A stretch of DNA of 3,552 nucleotides from Enterobacteria phage FrSaffron: the sequence record PP430141.1, one strand, 5' to 3'. Shown piece by piece: positions 1 to 3,552 of the stretch. How positions within the stretch are numbered: the first letter of the stretch is position 1; each line of letters begins with the position of its first letter. The translations under genes were made by a program, and so were the position numbers. The notes under the pieces are model-generated. The model was not told the origin of the DNA. It made no database searches and saw only the letters and a program-made list of their open reading frames with translations.

Positions 1-5
1 GGGTG

Positions 6-23
6 GGACCCCTTTCGGGGTCC
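6..23 (+). promoter_or_regulatory. 5'-terminal stable hairpin (replication/packaging element of the plus strand)
   Basis: Seen in sequence: GGACCCC (6-12) pairs with GGGGTCC (17-23) around a UUUC loop (13-16), giving 7 consecutive pairs. The helix can extend with G-U pairs toward 1-5/24-28. Its role is established knowledge for MS2-like phages. Confidence 0.7.
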
Positions 24-115
24 TGCTCAACTTCCTGTCGAGCTAATGCCATTATTTATGTCTTTAGCGAGACGCTACCATGGCTATCGCTGTAGGTAGC
101 CGGAATTCCATTCCT

Positions 116-121
116 AGGAGG
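116..121 (+). promoter_or_regulatory. Shine-Dalgarno sequence of the maturation gene
   Basis: AGGAGG at 116-121, about 8 nt upstream of the ATG at 130. Confidence 0.8.
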
Positions 122-129
122 TTTGACTC

Positions 130-1311
130 ATGCGAGCTTTTAGTGTCCTTGATAAGGAATCCGAGACCTTTGTTCCTTACGTCCGCGTTTACGCTGACGG
201 AGGGATTGAGGATAACTCGTTTTCTCTAAAATACCGTTCGAACTGGACTCCTGGTCGTTTTAAGTCGACTGGGGCCAGAACGAAGCAGTGGCACTACCCG
301 TCTCCCTACTCTAGGGGGGCGCTTAGCGTCACGTCGGTAGATCAAGGCGCCTATAAGCGCTCAGGGTCATCGTGGGGTCGCCCGTACGAGGAGAAAGCCG
401 GTTTTGGCTTCTCGCTCGACGCACGCTCCTGCTACAGCCTCTTCCCTGTTAGTCAGAATCTGACTTACATCGAAGTGCCGCAGAACGTTGCGAATCGGGC
501 GTCGACCGAAGTCCTGAAAAAGGTTACCCAAGGCAATTTCAACCTTGGTGTGGCCTTAGCAGAGGCTAGGTCGACAGCCTCACAACTCGCGACGCAAACC
601 ATTGCGCTCGTGAAGGCGTACACTGCCGCTCGTCGCGGCAACTGGCGCCAGGCGCTCCGCTATCTCGCCCTAAACGAAGATCGAAAATTCCGATCAAAAC
701 ACGTGGCCGGCAGATGGTTGGAGTTGCAGTTCGGCTGGCTACCGCTCATGAGCGATATCCAGGGCGCATATGAGATGCTTACGAAGGTCCACCTTCAAGA
801 GTTTCTTCCTATGAGAGCCGTGCGTCAAGTAGGCACTAACGTCAAGTTAGACGGCCGCTTGTCGTATCCAGCTGCAAACTACCAGACTACGTGCAACATA
901 TCGCGACGAATCGTGATATGGTTTTACATAAACGATGCACGCTTAGCCTGGTTGTCGTCTCTAGGTATCTTGAACCCACTAGGAATAGTGTGGGAAAAGG
1001 TGCCTTTCTCATTCGTTGTCGACTGGCTCCTTCCTGTTGGAAACATGCTCGAGGGCCTTACGGCCCCCGTAGGATGCTCCTACATGTCTGGAACAGTTAC
1101 TGACGTAATAACGGGTGAGTCCATTATAAGCGTTGACGCTCCCTATGGGTGGACAGTGGAGAGACAGGGCACTGCTAAGGCCCAGATCTCAGCCATGCAT
1201 CGAGGGGTACAATCCGTATGGCCAACAACTGGCGTATACGTAAAGTCACCTTTCTCGATGGTCCATACCTTAGATGCGTTAGCATTAATCAGGCAACGGC
1301 TCTCAAGATAG
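130..1311 (+). CDS. mat: Maturation (A / assembly) protein, the pilus-binding minor virion protein
   Basis: 393-aa ORF starting MRAFS..., ending with TAG at 1309-1311. Position, length and sequence match the MS2 A protein as I recall it. Strong SD upstream. Confidence 0.93.
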   Translation: MRAFSVLDKESETFVPYVRVYADGGIEDNSFSLKYRSNWTPGRFKSTGARTKQWHYPSPYSRGALSVTSVDQGAYKRSGSSWGRPYEEKAGFGFSLDARSCYSLFPVSQNLTYIEVPQNVANRASTEVLKKVTQGNFNLGVALAEARSTASQLATQTIALVKAYTAARRGNWRQALRYLALNEDRKFRSKHVAGRWLELQFGWLPLMSDIQGAYEMLTKVHLQEFLPMRAVRQVGTNVKLDGRLSYPAANYQTTCNISRRIVIWFYINDARLAWLSSLGILNPLGIVWEKVPFSFVVDWLLPVGNMLEGLTAPVGCSYMSGTVTDVITGESIISVDAPYGWTVERQGTAKAQISAMHRGVQSVWPTTGVYVKSPFSMVHTLDALALIRQRLSR

Positions 1312-1324
1312 AGCCCTCAACCGG

Positions 1325-1347
1325 AGTTCGAAGCATGGCTTCTAACT
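1325..1347 (+). promoter_or_regulatory. Coat-gene initiator hairpin with the AUG in the apical loop
   Basis: Seen in sequence: AGTTCGAAGC (1325-1334) pairs with GCTTCTAACT (1338-1347) with one C/U mismatch (1329/1343). The loop is AUG (1335-1337), the coat start codon. This matches the known MS2 coat initiation hairpin. Confidence 0.7.
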
Positions 1348-1727
1348 TTACTCAGTTTGTTCTCGTCGACAATGGCGGAACTGGCGACGTGACTGTCGCA
1401 CCAAGCAACTTCGCTAACGGGGTCGCTGAATGGATCAGCTCTAACTCGCGCTCTCAGGCTTACAAAGTAACCTGTAGCGTTCGCCAGAGCTCTGCGCAGA
1501 ACCGCAAATACACCATCAAGGTCGAAGTGCCAAAAGTGGCTACCCAGACCGTTGGTGGTGTAGAGCTTCCTGTAGCCGCATGGCGTTCGTACTTAAATAT
1601 GGAATTAACTATTCCTATTTTCGCAACGAACGCCGACTGCGCGCTTATTGTTAAGGCGATGCAAGGTCTCCTGAAAGATGGAAACCCAATCCCCTCAGCA
1701 ATCGCAGCAAACTCCGGAATCTATTAA
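1335..1727 (+). CDS. cp: Major coat (capsid) protein, also the translational repressor of the replicase gene
   Basis: ATG at 1335 begins MASNFTQFVLVDNGGTGDVTVAPSNFANGVAEWISSNSRSQAYKVTC...SGIY (130 codons). It ends with tandem stops TAA (1725-1727) and TAG (1728-1730). Sequence is recognisably MS2-type coat. Confidence 0.95.
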   Translation: MASNFTQFVLVDNGGTGDVTVAPSNFANGVAEWISSNSRSQAYKVTCSVRQSSAQNRKYTIKVEVPKVATQTVGGVELPVAAWRSYLNMELTIPIFATNADCALIVKAMQGLLKDGNPIPSAIAANSGIY

Positions 1728-1905
1728 TAGATTCCGGCCATTCCAACATGAGGATTACCCATGTCGAAGACAACAAAGAAGTTCAACTCTTTATGTATTG
1801 ATCTTCCTCGCGATCTTTCTCTCGAAATTTACCAATCAATTGCTTCTGTCGCTACTGGAAGCGGTGATCCGCACAGTAGAGACTTTACAGCAATTGCTTA
1901 CCTAA
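1678..1905 (+). CDS. lys: Lysis protein L (single-gene lysis protein), overlapping the coat 3' end and replicase 5' end in the +1 frame
   Basis: 75-aa ORF METQSPQQSQQTPESINRFRPFQHEDYPCRRQQRSSTLYVLIFLAIFLSKFTNQLLLSLLEAVIRTVETLQQLLT. It has a polar, basic N-terminal half and a hydrophobic C-terminal segment (LYVLIFLAIFL...LLLSLL). Coordinates match the MS2 L gene as I recall it. Confidence 0.88.
   Translation: METQSPQQSQQTPESINRFRPFQHEDYPCRRQQRSSTLYVLIFLAIFLSKFTNQLLLSLLEAVIRTVETLQQLLT
1714..1737 (+). repeat. Perfect 24-nt palindrome / RNA hairpin spanning the coat stop codons (coat terminator hairpin)
   Basis: Seen in sequence: CCGGAATCTATTAATAGATTCCGG equals its own reverse complement. As RNA it is a 9-10 bp stem with the coat UAA (1725-1727) and UAG (1728-1730) in and next to the loop. 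Confidence 0.85.
1746..1764 (+). promoter_or_regulatory. Replicase translational operator (TR hairpin; coat-protein binding site and packaging signal)
   Basis: Exact ACATGAGGATTACCCATGT: stem 1746-1750/1760-1764, bulged A1751, pairs 1752-1753/1758-1759, loop AUUA 1754-1757. The replicase AUG (1761-1763) lies within the stem. Identical to the canonical MS2 operator. Confidence 0.92.
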
Positions 1906-3398
1906 GGGATGAGTTGCTTACTAAGCACCCGTCCTTAGGAAACGGTAATGACGAGGCGACCCGCCGGGCTCTAGCTATCGCTAAGCTCCGGGAGGCGAAT
2001 GAGCGTTGCGGCCAGATTAACAGAGAAGGTTTCTTACATGACAAATCCTTGTCATGGGATCCGGATGTTTTACAAACCAGCATCCGTAGCCTAATTGGCA
2101 ACCTTCTCTCTGGCTACCGCTCGTCGTTGTTTGGGCAATGCACGTTCTCCAACGGTGCCTCAATGGGGCACAAGTTGCAGGATGCAGCGCCTTACAAGAA
2201 GTTCGCTGAACAAGCAACCGTTACCCCCCGCGCTCTGAGAGCGGCGCTACTGGTCCGAGACCAGTGTGCGCCGTGGATCAGACACGCGGTCCACTACAAC
2301 GAGTCATATGAATTTAGACTCGTGGTAGGGAACGGAGTGTTCACAGTTCCGAAGAATAATAAAATAGATCGGGCTGCCTGTAAGGAGCCCGATATGAATA
2401 TGTACTTACAGAAGGGAGTCGGTACCTTTATAAGGCGCCGTCTCAAATCTGTGGGTATAGACCTGAATGATCAAACGATCAACCAGCGTCTAGCTCAAAA
2501 GGGTAGCGTAGATGGTTCGTTGGCGACGATAGACTTATCGTCAGCCTCCGACTCCATCTCCGACCGCCTGGTGTGGAGTTTCCTCCCACCTGAGCTATAT
2601 TCATATCTTGACCGCATCCGCTCTCACTACGGAATCGTAGATGGAGAGACGATACGGTGGGAACTATTTTCCACTATGGGTAACGGGTTCACTTTCGAGC
2701 TAGAGTCCATGATATTTTGGGCAATAGTGAAAGCGACCCAGATCCATTTTGGTAACGCCGGAACCATAGGCATCTACGGGGACGATATTATATGTCCCAG
2801 TGAGATTGCACCCCGTGTGCTAGAGGCACTTGCCTACTACGGTTTCAAACCGAATCTTCGTAAAACGTTCGTGTCAGGGCTCTTTCGCGAGAGCTGTGGC
2901 GCGCACTTTTACCGTGGTGTCGATGTCAAACCGTTTTACATCAAGAAACCAGTTGACAACCTCTTCTCCCTTATGCTGATCATGAATCGGCTTAGGGGTT
3001 GGGGAGTTGTCGGAGGTATGTCAGATCCGCGCCTTTATAAGGTTTGGGTACGACTGTCCTCCCTGGTTCCATCGATGTTCTTCGGTGGGACGGACCTTGC
3101 TGCCGACTACTATGTAGTCAGTCCCCCTAATGCGGTCTCAGTTTACACTAAGACTCCATACGGGAGACTACTCGCGGACGCCCGTACCTCGGGTTTCCGT
3201 CTTGCTCGTATCGCAAAAGAGCGTAAGCACTTTAGCGAGAAGCATGACAGTGGTCGCTACATAGCATGGTTCCATACTGGAGGTGAGATCACCGACAGTA
3301 TGAAGTCCGCTGGCGTACGCGTAATGCGTACTTCGGAGTGGCTGACGCCGGTTCCCACATTCCCTCAGGAATGCGGGCCAGCGAGCTCTCCTCGGTAG
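1761..3398 (+). CDS. rep: RNA-dependent RNA polymerase (replicase beta subunit)
   Basis: 545-aa ORF MSKTTKKFNSLCIDLP... ending with TAG at 3396-3398. The catalytic YGDD motif is encoded at 2775-2786 (IGIYGDDIICP). The start codon is embedded in the operator hairpin. Confidence 0.95.
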   Translation: MSKTTKKFNSLCIDLPRDLSLEIYQSIASVATGSGDPHSRDFTAIAYLRDELLTKHPSLGNGNDEATRRALAIAKLREANERCGQINREGFLHDKSLSWDPDVLQTSIRSLIGNLLSGYRSSLFGQCTFSNGASMGHKLQDAAPYKKFAEQATVTPRALRAALLVRDQCAPWIRHAVHYNESYEFRLVVGNGVFTVPKNNKIDRAACKEPDMNMYLQKGVGTFIRRRLKSVGIDLNDQTINQRLAQKGSVDGSLATIDLSSASDSISDRLVWSFLPPELYSYLDRIRSHYGIVDGETIRWELFSTMGNGFTFELESMIFWAIVKATQIHFGNAGTIGIYGDDIICPSEIAPRVLEALAYYGFKPNLRKTFVSGLFRESCGAHFYRGVDVKPFYIKKPVDNLFSLMLIMNRLRGWGVVGGMSDPRLYKVWVRLSSLVPSMFFGGTDLAADYYVVSPPNAVSVYTKTPYGRLLADARTSGFRLARIAKERKHFSEKHDSGRYIAWFHTGGEITDSMKSAGVRVMRTSEWLTPVPTFPQECGPASSPR

Positions 3399-3408
3399 CT
3401 GACCGAGG
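3390..3408 (+). other. Hairpin presenting the replicase stop codon in its loop
   Basis: Seen in sequence: CTCGG (3391-3395) pairs with CCGAG (3403-3407), plus C3390-G3408. The loop TAGCTGA (3396-3402) contains the replicase UAG. Confidence 0.55.
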
Positions 3409-3552
3409 GACCCCCGTAAACGGGGTGGGTGTGCTCGAAAGAGCACGGGTCCGCGAAAGCGGTGGCTCCACCGAAAGGTGGGCGGGCTTCGGCCCAGGGA
3501 CCTCCCCCTAAAGAGAGGACCCGGGATTCTCCCGATTTGGTAACTAGCTGCT
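3399..3552 (+). other. 3' untranslated region, truncated at the window end (lacks the extreme 3' terminus)
   Basis: No ORF; GC-rich and highly structured. It ends ...GGTAACTAGCTGCT, which is the 5' half of the terminal hairpin in MS2 as I recall it. Confidence 0.85.
3431..3495 (+). other. Array of four tetraloop-capped hairpins in the 3' UTR
   Basis: Seen in sequence: GTGCTC-GAAA-GAGCAC (3431-3446), CCGC-GAAA-GCGG (3451-3462), CCACC-GAAA-GGTGG (3468-3481), GGGC-UUCG-GCCC (3484-3495). A further hairpin CCCCG-UAAA-CGGGG lies at 3412-3425. Confidence 0.75.

Larger units (their letters stand above)
1..129 (+). other. 5' untranslated leader of an MS2-group ssRNA phage genome
   Basis: Window opens with GGGTGGGACCCCTTTCGGGGTCC, which I recognise as the 5' terminus of MS2-like phage RNA. 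No long ORF precedes the maturation start at 130. Confidence 0.85.

Noticed and set aside
103-108. EcoRI site GAATTC in the leader (also BamHI GGATCC at 2057..2062), considered as possible cloning junctions
   Set aside because: Sequence on both sides is continuous phage sequence, and I recall these sites being native to MS2. There is no evidence of vector or linker.
80-235. Short upstream ORF starting at ATG 80 (about 51 codons) that runs through the maturation start region
   Set aside because: No SD, lies within the structured leader, and is not a known gene. Most likely fortuitous.
891-1103. 70-aa ORF embedded in the maturation gene in an alternative frame
   Set aside because: No SD, no recognisable protein features, and no such gene is known in MS2-like phages. 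ORFs of this size arise by chance in 1.2 kb of coding sequence.
1218-1727. 169-aa ORF in the six-frame track that extends the coat frame upstream to an ATG at 1218
   Set aside because: The upstream ATG lies inside the maturation gene in another frame and has no ribosome-binding context. The genuine coat start is the ATG at 1335 in the loop of the initiator hairpin, giving the canonical 130-codon coat protein.
1898-2217. Minus-strand ORFs (1898..2101 and 2017..2217)
   Set aside because: In an ssRNA phage the minus strand is a replication intermediate and is not translated. These are chance ORFs antisense to the replicase gene.
3168-3471. Minus-strand ORFs (3168..3446 and 3289..3471) spanning the replicase 3' end and 3' UTR
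   Set aside because: Same reason: antisense to an RNA phage genome, GC-rich region, no biological support.
1-3552. Possibility of a hidden novel system (defence island, CRISPR array, mobile element, tRNA or other RNA gene)
   Set aside because: Four known phage genes and their UTRs account for the entire window. I found no spacer-repeat arrays, terminal inverted repeats, integrase-like ORFs or tRNA-like cloverleaves, so calling a novel system would be unsupported.

Overview
This window is a nearly complete genome of an MS2-group ssRNA coliphage (Emesvirus/Levivirus, Fiersviridae), given as the cDNA sense strand. I recognise it directly from the sequence: the 5' terminus GGGTGGGACCCC..., the replicase operator hairpin ACATGAGGATTACCCATGT, and four genes whose coordinates match the canonical MS2 map as I recall it. 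Those are maturation (A) protein 130..1311, coat protein 1335..1727, lysis protein 1678..1905 (overlapping, +1 frame) and replicase beta subunit 1761..3398. The window starts at the genomic 5' end and stops about 17 nt short of the expected 3' end. All coding capacity is accounted for by these four genes, so I see no evidence of a novel system; this is a well-described phage. The findings are strain-level and structural details: a perfect 24-nt palindrome over the coat stop codons, an ATG rather than GUG maturation start, a mismatch in the Min Jou long-range helix, 5' leader pairing that sequesters the maturation ribosome-binding site, a 3' UTR tetraloop cluster, and the 3' truncation. Every comparison to the MS2 reference is from memory and needs an alignment to confirm.
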